Assembly: GCA_963765495.1 (NCBI GenBank)
Contig: CAVXWP010000013.1
Location: 1-64,000, forward strand
Source of the DNA: Blastocatellia bacterium
GTDB lineage: Bacteria > Acidobacteriota > Blastocatellia > UBA7656
DNA: 64,000 nucleotides
Reading direction: 5' to 3'
Shown one piece after another: positions 39,476-49,555 of the stretch. The notes beneath the pieces are model-generated. The model saw nothing but the letters and a program-made list of their open reading frames with translations. It searched no databases and was not told the DNA's origin. Position 1 is the stretch's first letter. Every line of letters starts with the position of its first letter. A program made the position numbers and the translations under genes.

Positions 39476-40801
39476 TCAATCTGCCGCGCAGCGAAAACCG
39501 GCGAAGGCGTCGCGAAATCGCGGGCGAAAGAAATTCCTGAACGAGCAGCGCAAAAGCACCGCTCGCGTAGCCCACGACCCGCCCTTCAGCACGCGATGGT
39601 CGCCGTCAAACCATAGCTCGGAATATTCCGCGTACGGATAGGCCGCAAATCCCGGATAGCCCGCAAACGTAGTCGCGGTCCATTCCCACACGTTTCCGGT
39701 CATATCCATGCAACCGTATGCGCTCTGCCCATCGGGGAAAGCCGCAACCGGCACAGGCCCCCAGTAATGATTATTGAAATTCGCAAGCTCAGGGCGCGGT
39801 TCGTCGTCGCCCCAACTGAATCGGCGTTTGATTTTCGCCTGCGGGTTCCACGAGGCAGCTTTTTCCCACTCGGCTTCCGAAGACAATCGCTTCCCCACAA
39901 ACCGCGCATAGCTTTCGGCCTCATACCAGCTTACGCCGACAACGGGGAGGTCGGGCTGCTGAGAGACCTCTTCAAACATTTCGCGCACGCGCCATCGAAT
40001 GGAGCCGCCGTCGGCAGGTGACCAGTGAAGCGGGCAGTTGATGTGATTCTCTTCTTTCCAGTTCCACCCCTCTTCGCTCCAAAGCGAGCGTTTCTCGTAT
40101 CCGCCCGCCTCGATGAACTCGGCAAAGTCGGCGTTTGTGACCGGGTACTTGTCTATGCGAAAGTCCGCAAGCTCTACTGTGTGTGGAGGCTGCTCGTTGT
40201 CGTAGGCAAATGGATAACCGTAAGACCCTATCTCAAACGGCCCGCCAGCGACCCGCACCATCTCTCCGCGAGCGCCCGAGCGAAGGCGTTCGGCCCGACC
40301 TAAGAGTTCTTCACGCGCAACGAGGGCCGCGACTTTGCGTTTCGATTCCGGGGCGAGCATCTGAAACAGGTAGGCGAGCGTTTCCTGATGTTGATACTCG
40401 TGCTCGATCACCAGATTGAACACGTACCCGTTTCGAAGCAGCGGGTCCGGGTCGCCTTTTGAATAGGTGGTAAGCGAGGCGAGTACCTCTTCGCGCACGC
40501 GGTCCAGATAGCTTTCGATCTCTGGAAGGGGCGGCAGTTTTGAGGAGTCTTCTCGCGGCGTTTTGATAGGATCAAAGATGGCGTTGTAATAGGGCGAGAT
40601 CGGCTGATTGCCTTTCATCCGTTCGAGGAGCCAGTATTCCTCAAACGCGCCCACGTGGCCCAGATGCCAGAGTATAGGCCGAAAGCCGGGGCTCGGGGGG
40701 CGGCGCAAATCCGCTTCTGAAATTATGAGGCCGAACAATTCGCGGGTGTCCGCACGCGAATTGTTCATTATTTGAGCGATCTCTTCCGTATCAATTGCCA
40801 T
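39476..40801 (-). CDS. egtB: EgtB-family non-heme iron sulfoxide synthase (DinB + FGE domains)
   Basis: WHLGH and EHEYQHQE iron ligands, AYDNE, GNVWEW and PYAEYS; divergent from egtD. Confidence 0.8.
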   Translation of the reverse strand: MAIDTEEIAQIMNNSRADTRELFGLIISEADLRRPPSPGFRPILWHLGHVGAFEEYWLLERMKGNQPISPYYNAIFDPIKTPREDSSKLPPLPEIESYLDRVREEVLASLTTYSKGDPDPLLRNGYVFNLVIEHEYQHQETLAYLFQMLAPESKRKVAALVAREELLGRAERLRSGARGEMVRVAGGPFEIGSYGYPFAYDNEQPPHTVELADFRIDKYPVTNADFAEFIEAGGYEKRSLWSEEGWNWKEENHINCPLHWSPADGGSIRWRVREMFEEVSQQPDLPVVGVSWYEAESYARFVGKRLSSEAEWEKAASWNPQAKIKRRFSWGDDEPRPELANFNNHYWGPVPVAAFPDGQSAYGCMDMTGNVWEWTATTFAGYPGFAAYPYAEYSELWFDGDHRVLKGGSWATRAVLLRCSFRNFFRPRFRDAFAGFRCAAD

Positions 40802-40812
40802 AGGCTACATGT

Positions 40813-40979
40813 TACAGAGCGAAAGCAAAAGGGCAAAGGGCATTCAACCCCTGGCCTGCGCGAAACAGGCGTCCGAGGTAGTAACGGTTGAGTTGAAAAA
40901 AGGCGAGTAGAAATAGGCCAGGACGGACGCGGATTTTGGGAATCGTCTTCACCATTCGCGCTTTGCCCTTTGCTCTGTA
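40813..40979. repeat. Degenerate inverted heptamer element (GCAAAGG)n ... (CCTTTGC)n in the egtB/egtD divergent region
   Basis: TACAGAGCGAAAGCAAAAGGGCAAAGGGC ... GCGCTTTGCCCTTTGCTCTGTA. Confidence 0.65.
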
Positions 40980-41049
40980 GTGAGATAGCATTAAAGAGGC
41001 TCTGTGAGTAGGCGAGTTCTCTGTTTCAGGGATCAGGGGGAGGATAAGG

Positions 41050-42072
41050 GTGATGTATCCTATATTGCGTTCCGGCAGGTCTGAGCGCCTGATTATTCAT
41101 CGACTCGCTTGCGGAGGCGATTCGAATGCCTTTGCCGAAGAAGTGCGCGAGGGTCTTACCTCTCGGCCCAGAGTCTTGCAGCCTAAATACTTTTACGACG
41201 AGCTGGGCTCGCAACTGTTCGAAGCCATCTGTTTGCTTCCCGAATATTATTTGACGCGAGCGGAAAGCGAGATACTCAACCGCTACAGTGATGAAATAGT
41301 CACATCCATCAAAGGGCCGGTTCGGCTTGTCGAGTTGGGAAGCGGCAGCGCCGACAAGACACGCCATCTGATAGAGGCGCTGTTAAGAAATCAAAGCGAG
41401 CTTCACTACCTGCCCGTAGACATTTCCGATCTCAGCCTAGAGCGCAGCAGCGAAGAACTGCTGCATGTTTATCCTCGACTTCGCATAACGGCTTATGCCG
41501 CCGACTATTTCACCGCGCTTCGAGCGTTGTCGGAGGCGGGCGTGCTTCAGCGACAGGACAAACGGACCATCGTGCTGTTTCTCGGATCCAACATCGGCAA
41601 TTTTGACCCGGAACACGCCAGAGATTTTTTGCGTGAGATTCGCAAAATGCTGGTGCCGGGAGACGGATTGTTGGTCGGCGCGGATTTGAAAAAATCGGCC
41701 GATTTGCTTGAGCCCGCTTATGACGATGCGCTCGGCGTGACGGCGGCTTTTGATCGTAACCTGCTCGTGCGAATCAACCGCGAACTTGGCGGCGATTTCG
41801 ATGTAAAAAATTTCAAGCATCGCGCTCATTACAACGAACAACTCGGGCGGGTAGAGAGTCATCTGGTCAGCCTTGCGCCGCAACGGGTTCGCATACGAGC
41901 GATTGATCTGGAGATCTTTTTCGAAGAGGGCGAATCCATTCACACCGAAAATTCTTACAAATTCGATTTAAAACAACTCGCCGACATGGCCCGGCAGACC
42001 GAGTTCTCTCTTGAGAGAACCTGGTTTGACAATCTCCGGCTATTCAGTTTCAACCTTTTTGCTGCGGCCTAG
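41050..42072 (+). CDS. egtD: L-histidine N-alpha-methyltransferase
   Basis: PKYFYD..GS.LFEAIC.LPEYYLTR, ELGSGS, FLGSNIGN, AYDDALGVTAAF and HTENSYKF motifs. Confidence 0.92.
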   Translation: MMYPILRSGRSERLIIHRLACGGDSNAFAEEVREGLTSRPRVLQPKYFYDELGSQLFEAICLLPEYYLTRAESEILNRYSDEIVTSIKGPVRLVELGSGSADKTRHLIEALLRNQSELHYLPVDISDLSLERSSEELLHVYPRLRITAYAADYFTALRALSEAGVLQRQDKRTIVLFLGSNIGNFDPEHARDFLREIRKMLVPGDGLLVGADLKKSADLLEPAYDDALGVTAAFDRNLLVRINRELGGDFDVKNFKHRAHYNEQLGRVESHLVSLAPQRVRIRAIDLEIFFEEGESIHTENSYKFDLKQLADMARQTEFSLERTWFDNLRLFSFNLFAAA

Positions 42073-42091
42073 CAAAGCGTAAAATCTCAAC

Positions 42092-43450
42092 ATGCCAGTC
42101 AACCTCGGCACACATCCGCAGATTGCCAGTCCGATTGATGAGATCGGGCCCGAAACCGATTTTGCGCCCTACTTTCGTCTGAGCGCCCGCCCCGCGCCCG
42201 AGTGGGCAATCGGACCGGAGGTGGAATATTTCGGCTTCACCCGCGATGAGCTTGATCGAATAGATTTCAAACAGGTACAGGATGTGATAGCCGGGTTTGC
42301 GCCCGACATCATCGGGCGCGAAGAGGAGAGCGAGGCCGTCATCGAAGCTACGCTGAGAGATGACCACCAGCACGGGCGCATAACGCTTGAGCCGGGCGGG
42401 CAGGTAGAATATTCCGGCGCGTGCATGGCGACCCTTTCTGATGCCGAGCGCGCCTTGAAAAAATTTGTAAGCCGGTTGCGCGAGGTCGGGGCGCAGCAGG
42501 GAATAATATTTGTCGCGGCGGGGTTCGACCCCCTGCGTGGCATCGATGAGCAGAGGTGGATACTCAAGCGGCGTTACAGCATAATGCGCCCTTATCTGAA
42601 ATCGCGCGGCAGCCGGGCCTGGGATATGATGTGCCGGACCGCAAGCATTCAGGTCAATCTGGATTACAGCGACCCGGAAGACCTGGCAAAGAAATTTGCT
42701 CTCGCCAACCGGCTGGCCCCAATAGCCGCCGCGATGTTTGCAAACTCGCCCTTTGAGCGTGGCAGGCTCTCCGGTTATAAATCGCTGCGTTACCGTACGT
42801 GGCTCGACACGGATTCCGACCGTACGGGGCCATCGCCTCTGTCTCTTGGAGATGACTTCTCGATTGAGCGATTTATAGATTATGTTAAGCGAGTGCCAAT
42901 GTTTTTCATACGACGCGATGGTGATTATATAAATCTTGCGGGCGAATCATTCGCAAAATTCATCGCAAACGGATCGGGGCCAAGACCTATATTTCAGGAT
43001 TTCACAGATCATCTTTCGACCATCTTTACAGAGGCGCGCCTGAAACCTCACATAGAGCAGCGCAGCATGGACTGCGGCTCGATGGAGATGGTTATGGCGG
43101 CGCTGGCATTCTGGAAAGGCATTATGTATACGGCTGCGGCACGTGATGCGGCGCTTGACGCAGCCCCAAGGTTGACCCGGGAAGAGTTTGCCGAGTTACA
43201 ACTCGACGTAGCCCGCCACGGCCTCAACGCGCAGGCGGCCCAAGTAAAAGTGATCGACACGGCCCGGGCCGCAGTCGAGCTTGCGCAGGCGGGGCTTCGG
43301 TCCATTGCGCCCGATGAAGCGCAGTACCTGGACATACTCGAACAGCGCGTCTTAAGAGAGCAACTCTGCCCGGCTGATATTTTGATTCGCAATTTCACAG
43401 GCTCCTGGAACGGCGATATAAGAAAGGCTGTTGATTACTTGCAACTCTGA
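42092..43450 (+). CDS. egtA: Glutamate-cysteine ligase (GCS2; EgtA role by context)
   Basis: IGPEVE, TLEPGGQVE.S, MM.RTASIQVNLD, FANSPF and HLSTIFTEAR motifs. Confidence 0.82.
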   Translation: MPVNLGTHPQIASPIDEIGPETDFAPYFRLSARPAPEWAIGPEVEYFGFTRDELDRIDFKQVQDVIAGFAPDIIGREEESEAVIEATLRDDHQHGRITLEPGGQVEYSGACMATLSDAERALKKFVSRLREVGAQQGIIFVAAGFDPLRGIDEQRWILKRRYSIMRPYLKSRGSRAWDMMCRTASIQVNLDYSDPEDLAKKFALANRLAPIAAAMFANSPFERGRLSGYKSLRYRTWLDTDSDRTGPSPLSLGDDFSIERFIDYVKRVPMFFIRRDGDYINLAGESFAKFIANGSGPRPIFQDFTDHLSTIFTEARLKPHIEQRSMDCGSMEMVMAALAFWKGIMYTAAARDAALDAAPRLTREEFAELQLDVARHGLNAQAAQVKVIDTARAAVELAQAGLRSIAPDEAQYLDILEQRVLREQLCPADILIRNFTGSWNGDIRKAVDYLQL

Positions 43451-43525
43451 TGCGTGATGCGTGATGCGTGACTCACAAGGCTTGCAAGTTGCTCGCTGAA
43501 AGTCCGAATCACGCATCACTCATCA
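43448..43525. repeat. Inverted tandem heptamer element (TGATGCG)n beginning at the ligase stop codon
   Basis: Three units from 43448; complementary arm at 43507-43525. Confidence 0.9.
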
Positions 43526-43540
43526 TCTGAAGTTTATTGA

Positions 43541-44326
43541 ATGACTCTATCCACAGGCAATTCCGATGAAATAGCGGTCGAGTTCCGCGATGTCAGCCTT
43601 CACGTTGACGGAGGCAAGGCGATTATCCGCGACCTCAACTTCGAGGTTCGGCGGGGCGAGACGCTCGTTTTGCTTGGGCGAAGCGGGTCGGGCAAAACCA
43701 CTACGCTCAAGCTTGTCAATCGCCTGATCGAGCCTACCAGTGGAGAGGTGCGGGTCGAAGGCAAGGCGGCAAGCGGGTGGGATGCGATAAAGCTGCGCCG
43801 CCGCATTGGCTACGTCATCCAAGAGACGGGGCTGTTTCCGCATTTCAGCGTCGAGCGAAACGTAGCGCTCGTGCCCGACCTCGAAGGCTGGCCGAAAGAA
43901 CGAACGCGCAGCCGCGTGAGCGAGCTTCTCAACCTCGTGGGTCTCGACCCCGATGTGTTCGCCAGTCGTTATCCGCGAGAGCTTTCCGGGGGACAGCGCC
44001 AGCGGGTAGGCGTAGCCCGCGCCCTTGCAGCGGACCCGCCAATAATACTCATGGACGAGCCTTTCGGCGCGCTCGATCCGCTCACGCGAGCCGAGTTGCA
44101 ACGCGAGTTTGCCGACCTGACGGCGAGGCTCAACAAGACGATTCTCTTTGTCACTCACGATGTGCGCGAAGCCTTTATACTTGCCTCGCGGATAGGTCTT
44201 TTTCAGGACGGACGCCTCGTCGTTATGGCTGAACCCGCCGAGTTCGCTCGCTCTGATAACGCGGAAGCCAGGGCCTTCAACCTCTCGCTCAAGGGGCCTG
44301 CGGAATTGACGGATGAGACTGATTGA
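43541..44326 (+). CDS. Osmoprotectant/betaine-type ABC transporter ATP-binding subunit (no CBS domains)
   Basis: GRSGSGKT, LRRRIGYVIQ, ELSGGQRQR and MDEPFGALDP motifs. Confidence 0.9.
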   Translation: MTLSTGNSDEIAVEFRDVSLHVDGGKAIIRDLNFEVRRGETLVLLGRSGSGKTTTLKLVNRLIEPTSGEVRVEGKAASGWDAIKLRRRIGYVIQETGLFPHFSVERNVALVPDLEGWPKERTRSRVSELLNLVGLDPDVFASRYPRELSGGQRQRVGVARALAADPPIILMDEPFGALDPLTRAELQREFADLTARLNKTILFVTHDVREAFILASRIGLFQDGRLVVMAEPAEFARSDNAEARAFNLSLKGPAELTDETD

Positions 44327-45857
44327 TTTCCTCATAAACCATCGCGCAGAGTTGTTTGCGCTCACGCTAGAGCATCTGTTTCTGGTCGCGGTGGCGACAG
44401 GCGCGGCTGCGCTCGTCGGCATACCCGTGGGCATAATGCTCACCCGGCGACCGCGTTTGAGCAAGCCCGTGCTCGCCGGGGCAAACATACTACAGACAAT
44501 CCCGAGCCTCGCCCTGTTCGGCTTTTTGATTCCTCTGCTTGGCTCCTACGGCATAGGGCAGGTGCCAGCAATCATAGCTCTCTTTTTGTACTCGCTGCTT
44601 CCAATCATCCGAAACACATACACAGGGATAGGCGGCGTAGACCCCTCGGTGCGAGAAGCGGCTCGCGGCATGGGCATGACCGACTGGCAATTGCTCACAC
44701 AGGTAGAGCTTCCGCTTGCGCTCGGCGTGATCCTTGCGGGCGTGCGAGTGGCTACCGTGATTTCGATAGGCACGGCCACGATAGCCGCCGCAATCGGCGC
44801 GGGCGGATTGGGAATGTATATCTTTCGCGGCCTCAGAATGTATGACAACACGCTGATTCTTGCGGGCGCAATTCCGGCGGCGCTGATGGCGCTTGCGGCT
44901 GATTTCTTGCTCGGGAGGGTAGAACTCTCTCTTATGCCCGGCAGAAAACGCGCGCAGGGCCGGGTCTGGAAATATGCTCTCACCGCGACTACAGTCGGAC
45001 TTATCGCTCTGGCGTTTTTCTCTGTAAACAGCGGTCTGTTTTCAAAAAGCGCGGGCCGCATCGTTATAGGATCGAAAGACTTCACCGAACAGGTGATACT
45101 GGGCGAGCTTGTGGCGCAGGCGATCGAATCGAAGACCGAACTTAAAGTCAGGCGACAGTTTGAACTTGGAGGCGATCTGCCTCATCGCAATCTCGTTGCC
45201 GGAAATATTGACGCTTACGTCGAATACACCGGCACAGCCTTTACGGCCATACTCAAACACGACCCCGTTACCGACCCGCAGGAAGTCTACGATCAGGTCA
45301 GACGCGAATACGCCGAGCAATTCAATCTCGTATGGATGAAGCCGCTCGGATTCAACAACACTTTTGCGATACTGGTGCGAGGAGCAGACGCCCGCCGGTT
45401 GAACCTCAAGACGATATCTGATGCGGCGAGATACGCGCCCGAGTGGCGCGCAGGCTTTGGCCAGGATTTCATGTCGCGTGAGGATGGGTATCCGGGTTTC
45501 GTGCGGACCTATGGATTGAAGTTCAGACAGCAACCGCTGGAGATGGATCTGTCGCTTACATATCGCGCGCTGGCAGGCGGGCAGGTCGATTTGATCGCGG
45601 GCAACTCTACGGATGGCTTGATAGACAAGCTCGACCTTTATCAACTCGAAGACGACCGGCACTACTTCCCGCCTTATCAAGCGGCGGTGGTCATTCGCAA
45701 AGAGACTCTTGAGCGTTACCCTGAACTCGGGTCTGCGCTCGAAAGCCTCGCAGGCAAGTTGACCGATGCCGAAATGCGGCGGCTCAACTACGGCGTGGAC
45801 GGCGAGCACCGCGATGCGAAAGAGGTCGCCCGTGAATTCCTATCCCAGAATCCATAA
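44313..45857 (+). CDS. Fused permease + substrate-binding protein, OpuC/OsmF/EgtU-like
   Basis: QTIPSLAL, EAARGMGM, GSKDFTEQ, YVEYTGT, GFNNTF, REDGYPG and DDRHYFPPY motifs. Confidence 0.9.
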   Translation: MRLIDFLINHRAELFALTLEHLFLVAVATGAAALVGIPVGIMLTRRPRLSKPVLAGANILQTIPSLALFGFLIPLLGSYGIGQVPAIIALFLYSLLPIIRNTYTGIGGVDPSVREAARGMGMTDWQLLTQVELPLALGVILAGVRVATVISIGTATIAAAIGAGGLGMYIFRGLRMYDNTLILAGAIPAALMALAADFLLGRVELSLMPGRKRAQGRVWKYALTATTVGLIALAFFSVNSGLFSKSAGRIVIGSKDFTEQVILGELVAQAIESKTELKVRRQFELGGDLPHRNLVAGNIDAYVEYTGTAFTAILKHDPVTDPQEVYDQVRREYAEQFNLVWMKPLGFNNTFAILVRGADARRLNLKTISDAARYAPEWRAGFGQDFMSREDGYPGFVRTYGLKFRQQPLEMDLSLTYRALAGGQVDLIAGNSTDGLIDKLDLYQLEDDRHYFPPYQAAVVIRKETLERYPELGSALESLAGKLTDAEMRRLNYGVDGEHRDAKEVAREFLSQNP

Positions 45858-45863
45858 GGGTAA

Positions 45864-48248
45864 TCAGGCCCGGACGAAATATACGTCTCGATTGTTTGTG
45901 CACGCTTCGCACCGCAGCGCAACTACTATGAATCGCTGACCGTCGAATATGCCGCTCTCCTGTTGAAGCGCTGTACCTTGCCTGTAGAGACTCTCCCCGC
46001 ATCTGCATCTCAAAGTTTCGAGGTGCGAGCCGAAATCTTCTTCTCTGCCGAGGCGAATCGCTTCGCCGGGACTGTCGCCCGGCGTCTGATGAAAGCGTTG
46101 TTTAAATTCATTATGCCGCCGCTGTGCCAGTTTCCACCTCACCCCTTTCACCATCCCAAAGATTATGAAGGGTCCGAAAAGCAGACCCGCCAATAATATG
46201 ACGACAGCCCCGTTATGGTCGGCCCTTTGCCCCTGACCCGGTGTGATTTCATAGCCAAGAGCCTCTTCCATCTTTTCGAGAGTCTGCACGTGTTTTGCTA
46301 TCTGTTCGACCGGCACACTGTCTCGCAAGGTTTGAAACTCGTAATTGAGCACGATGGTCGTGCCCATGGAAAAAATCCGGTATGTCAGGCGAACGTTGTC
46401 GCTTGCTATCGTGTCCGACTTAGCCGAAAAAGGCCACGCATCGGGCAGATGCACCTCGGTGCTGTGACTCACATAGACCGGATAGGATAAAGCCAGAGGC
46501 GTTGACCTCTGAGAGGCAGGTGGTTTTCTGATCTCTTCGTAGATGCGGCCGGGGAAGAACTGTCGCGTCTTATCCTTCCAGAACTCCGGTATCGTGTACT
46601 TCTCCGTGATCACTATGATATTGGCTGCCGGATCATCGGATACCTCCGGCAATCCGTTCGCCTGTATCGACGAATCATTCTCTGCGTAATAGCTCAAATA
46701 GTCTTTTCCAAGCTCGGCAAGCGACTGTTGGGCCAGGCTATACCGCATCGCATCCGCATCCATCCGGCTGTAGGTCGTGGTTACCTGAAACGACACGGGC
46801 TCATCGTAGGCGGTCACGGTGTAGACTTCCTTCACCACAGTTGTAGGCGAATCGCTTGCAGTGAGCGGTATCTGTTCGAGACTCGCGTTTCCTTTTTGGA
46901 CCACCAGCGCGCGGTTATAATCCGGGTTGTAAAACCCGCTCAAGCTGCCTCGTTGAAGACTCATCGTAGGGTCAAACCAGTAGCTTTTTCCGTCAACGGT
47001 CGCCTTTACGATGACGTGATTAAAGGCATAGGGCGAGGGCAGGCATTCATCGAGAGCACGATTGTTCTCGGTGTTTACAAGCGCCGGATAAGCTTCGATT
47101 CCCAGGCCGTTTAGCAGAGTGGTCAGCAGCAGCGATTTATCCTTACAGTCGCCAAACCGTCTTTTATAAACCTGCGAAGGCTGCGTGGGCTGATGCGAAT
47201 ACGGGCCAAGCTCGATTCCCATGTAACGAACTTCGTCCTGCACAAAGCGCAATGCGGCAAGCAATCGCTGTTCGGGGTTGTCGAATTCGACGCGCCATTG
47301 CTCGATCTGTTTTAATACCCCTTCGGAAAGAGCCCCGTTAAGCTTGTAGAGAGGCAGAGCCCAGTCTACGACATCTTGCCAGTCTGAGAACTCACTCAAC
47401 TCGATGATTGGAACTGAATCGAACCAGGAGGGCGTCGCAACATCATACTCGAATGCAGGCACGCCGCTCCGCTCCCAGATATATTCGGTTTCGCTTCCCG
47501 TAGCGCGAATCGAGGGCCGAAGGTCGGTGTTTCGATTGCGGATTTGAAGTGCGCGCCCCGAAGGCCATAACAGGCGCAGGCGAATCCTCTCGGTTGGAAC
47601 GATGTAGGCAAGATAAGAGCTATCGGCAAAGCGGCCATCGAGTACGGGATTGCCGCCGTTGACCGAATAGGCGTAATCAATTATATCGCCCGCTCGAATA
47701 TCATTCAGGATAATAAGGGCAGAAAGCGTTCCATTGTAAAGCTGCTGACGAAGCTCGTTCTCCTGTTGAATGATCTTGATCTCTTCGGGGTTCAGCGCAT
47801 CGATAGTGCTGCCGCCGCGAATTATGCGAATATAGTGAATAATCAGACTTTCATAAGACGGCTCGAAATCGAGTTGAAGCTGCGAAACGTCCTCAAGCCC
47901 GACGGTGGAAGTTACCTTTTTGATCTGATGATAATACCGTTCGATCATCCCCTGCGTGACCCGGCATTGTTCGTCGGCCAGAAGGTAAACAATACCGTTA
48001 CCAGCCTCCTGCGACATACTCTCTTCGTTTTGAAAAGCGGCAACGGGCTGTACCCACGGCGGCGGCGGCTTTATGGCGTAGGACTCTTTTGCCAGAGACA
48101 GGTTCGCGGCAAGCAGCGAGACAAAGATCGCGATGACCGGCCTGAACAACCACCTCAGGCAACGACCGCTCTCCAATCCGCGCGCGTTTCTAGCTTGCCA
48201 AACGCTTTGCCTGTCTCTTCGGAATCTTATACCCGGCTTCTGCTTCAT
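45864..48248 (-). CDS. DUF3857 + transglutaminase-like membrane protein with a C-terminal Cys cluster
   Basis: FVQDEVRY, GDCKDKS, FNHVI and WFDPT motifs; TM helix; CRCG...CEAC tail. Confidence 0.82.
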   Translation of the reverse strand: MKQKPGIRFRRDRQSVWQARNARGLESGRCLRWLFRPVIAIFVSLLAANLSLAKESYAIKPPPPWVQPVAAFQNEESMSQEAGNGIVYLLADEQCRVTQGMIERYYHQIKKVTSTVGLEDVSQLQLDFEPSYESLIIHYIRIIRGGSTIDALNPEEIKIIQQENELRQQLYNGTLSALIILNDIRAGDIIDYAYSVNGGNPVLDGRFADSSYLAYIVPTERIRLRLLWPSGRALQIRNRNTDLRPSIRATGSETEYIWERSGVPAFEYDVATPSWFDSVPIIELSEFSDWQDVVDWALPLYKLNGALSEGVLKQIEQWRVEFDNPEQRLLAALRFVQDEVRYMGIELGPYSHQPTQPSQVYKRRFGDCKDKSLLLTTLLNGLGIEAYPALVNTENNRALDECLPSPYAFNHVIVKATVDGKSYWFDPTMSLQRGSLSGFYNPDYNRALVVQKGNASLEQIPLTASDSPTTVVKEVYTVTAYDEPVSFQVTTTYSRMDADAMRYSLAQQSLAELGKDYLSYYAENDSSIQANGLPEVSDDPAANIIVITEKYTIPEFWKDKTRQFFPGRIYEEIRKPPASQRSTPLALSYPVYVSHSTEVHLPDAWPFSAKSDTIASDNVRLTYRIFSMGTTIVLNYEFQTLRDSVPVEQIAKHVQTLEKMEEALGYEITPGQGQRADHNGAVVILLAGLLFGPFIIFGMVKGVRWKLAQRRHNEFKQRFHQTPGDSPGEAIRLGREEDFGSHLETLRCRCGESLYRQGTALQQESGIFDGQRFIVVALRCEACTNNRDVYFVRA

Positions 48249-48277
48249 GGTAAATCTCTATCCTTGAAAATCCCGCG

Positions 48278-49555
48278 TCATGCGCGCGTCGCTCTCACCT
48301 GCATGTCAACTACGGCGCTCATCTCACGTGTCAGCGCGTCTCTGTCGGCAAACAGATTCCAGACCGCCCCTTCGGCCTTTTGCTCTCTTGTGCAAACAAT
48401 CCTTCGAGCCAGGCGAAACCGCTCGACCGGGGCCGGATGGGTGTCATCTTCCGTAGTCGGGCGATTTATCGCTTCCTGCAATTTCTCTTCAACCAGAAGA
48501 TTGCCTTCCCTGCTCATCTCATAAAGATTTTTCAGCGCCCGCCCGGCCTTCGCCGCATCGGTGATCTCCCAGTAAGCTATATCCTCAAGCTCAATGCCTC
48601 TGCGGATGGCGTGCGTGAGTCCCTCCTCGAAAGCCTGAGCGCCAAAGTTTCGCACCGCGACGCGGTCAGCCATAACTTCCTGAAACCGGGTGGCTCCGTG
48701 GCTGATGCGGCGAAATATGAAGTGGTAAAGACGCAGAAACTGAAAAGCTATGTTCCACCAGACTGCCTGCCCGCTCAGATACATAGCCACAGCAAACTTT
48801 TGCATATCCGTATTGACGCGGAGCGCCACATCTCCACCCGCCGTGTCCCTGTGCGAGAAATGTCCGTATTCGTGAGCCAGCACGGCGCAAAATGCCGACT
48901 GGTTGAAATCGTTCAAGACGCCTACGCCAAGAATCAATACTCGATGCGCCCTGTCCTGCATCCGCTCTGTAAAGCTGCCGCGTTCGTAAACACCCAGGTC
49001 GGTGCCGGGAGTCACGCGAATCTCATCGACTGGCCTTGTCTCTACGACACGGGCAACCTCCCCGGCGAGCGCCCATAAACCGGGCGCTTCTTCCGGGCGA
49101 AGCGGACGGCCCGGGTCTTCGCGTTCATAGCGGATGAAGAGCGAGCGAATCATCTTGTAGATCGTCACAACAGCACCGAAACATACGATTGCCACAAACT
49201 TGATCGCCAGATAGCGGAACATCAACAAGCCATACGTCACCGAGGCCGCCACCGCTACAACCAGGAATATTACAAAGGGCATCGAGATGTAGTAATAAAC
49301 ACCAGCGATATTCATGAGCGCCCTGTAATATTTCCGAAGCGGAGCATCTGCCCCGACCGTCACATTCGGATCCTTGCCCTCGATGTAATCAAGCGTGAGA
49401 TCCGATAAGAGCTTGCCCGAAAGAAACAATAGCCCGATCCCAACTGCCCAGGCCGCAACCAGACAGAGCGAATAGTAGGCGTAATCCCATATGGTTGAAC
49501 GCGGTTCGACACCGGCTCTGAGGATGGGCGAGAATGCAAAATACAACTTCATCAT
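48278..49555 (-). CDS. M48 family membrane zinc metallopeptidase (start uncertain)
   Basis: AVLAHEYGH, E.MAD and DTHP..ER motifs; TM helices. Confidence 0.8.
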   Translation of the reverse strand: MMKLYFAFSPILRAGVEPRSTIWDYAYYSLCLVAAWAVGIGLLFLSGKLLSDLTLDYIEGKDPNVTVGADAPLRKYYRALMNIAGVYYYISMPFVIFLVVAVAASVTYGLLMFRYLAIKFVAIVCFGAVVTIYKMIRSLFIRYEREDPGRPLRPEEAPGLWALAGEVARVVETRPVDEIRVTPGTDLGVYERGSFTERMQDRAHRVLILGVGVLNDFNQSAFCAVLAHEYGHFSHRDTAGGDVALRVNTDMQKFAVAMYLSGQAVWWNIAFQFLRLYHFIFRRISHGATRFQEVMADRVAVRNFGAQAFEEGLTHAIRRGIELEDIAYWEITDAAKAGRALKNLYEMSREGNLLVEEKLQEAINRPTTEDDTHPAPVERFRLARRIVCTREQKAEGAVWNLFADRDALTREMSAVVDMQVRATRA

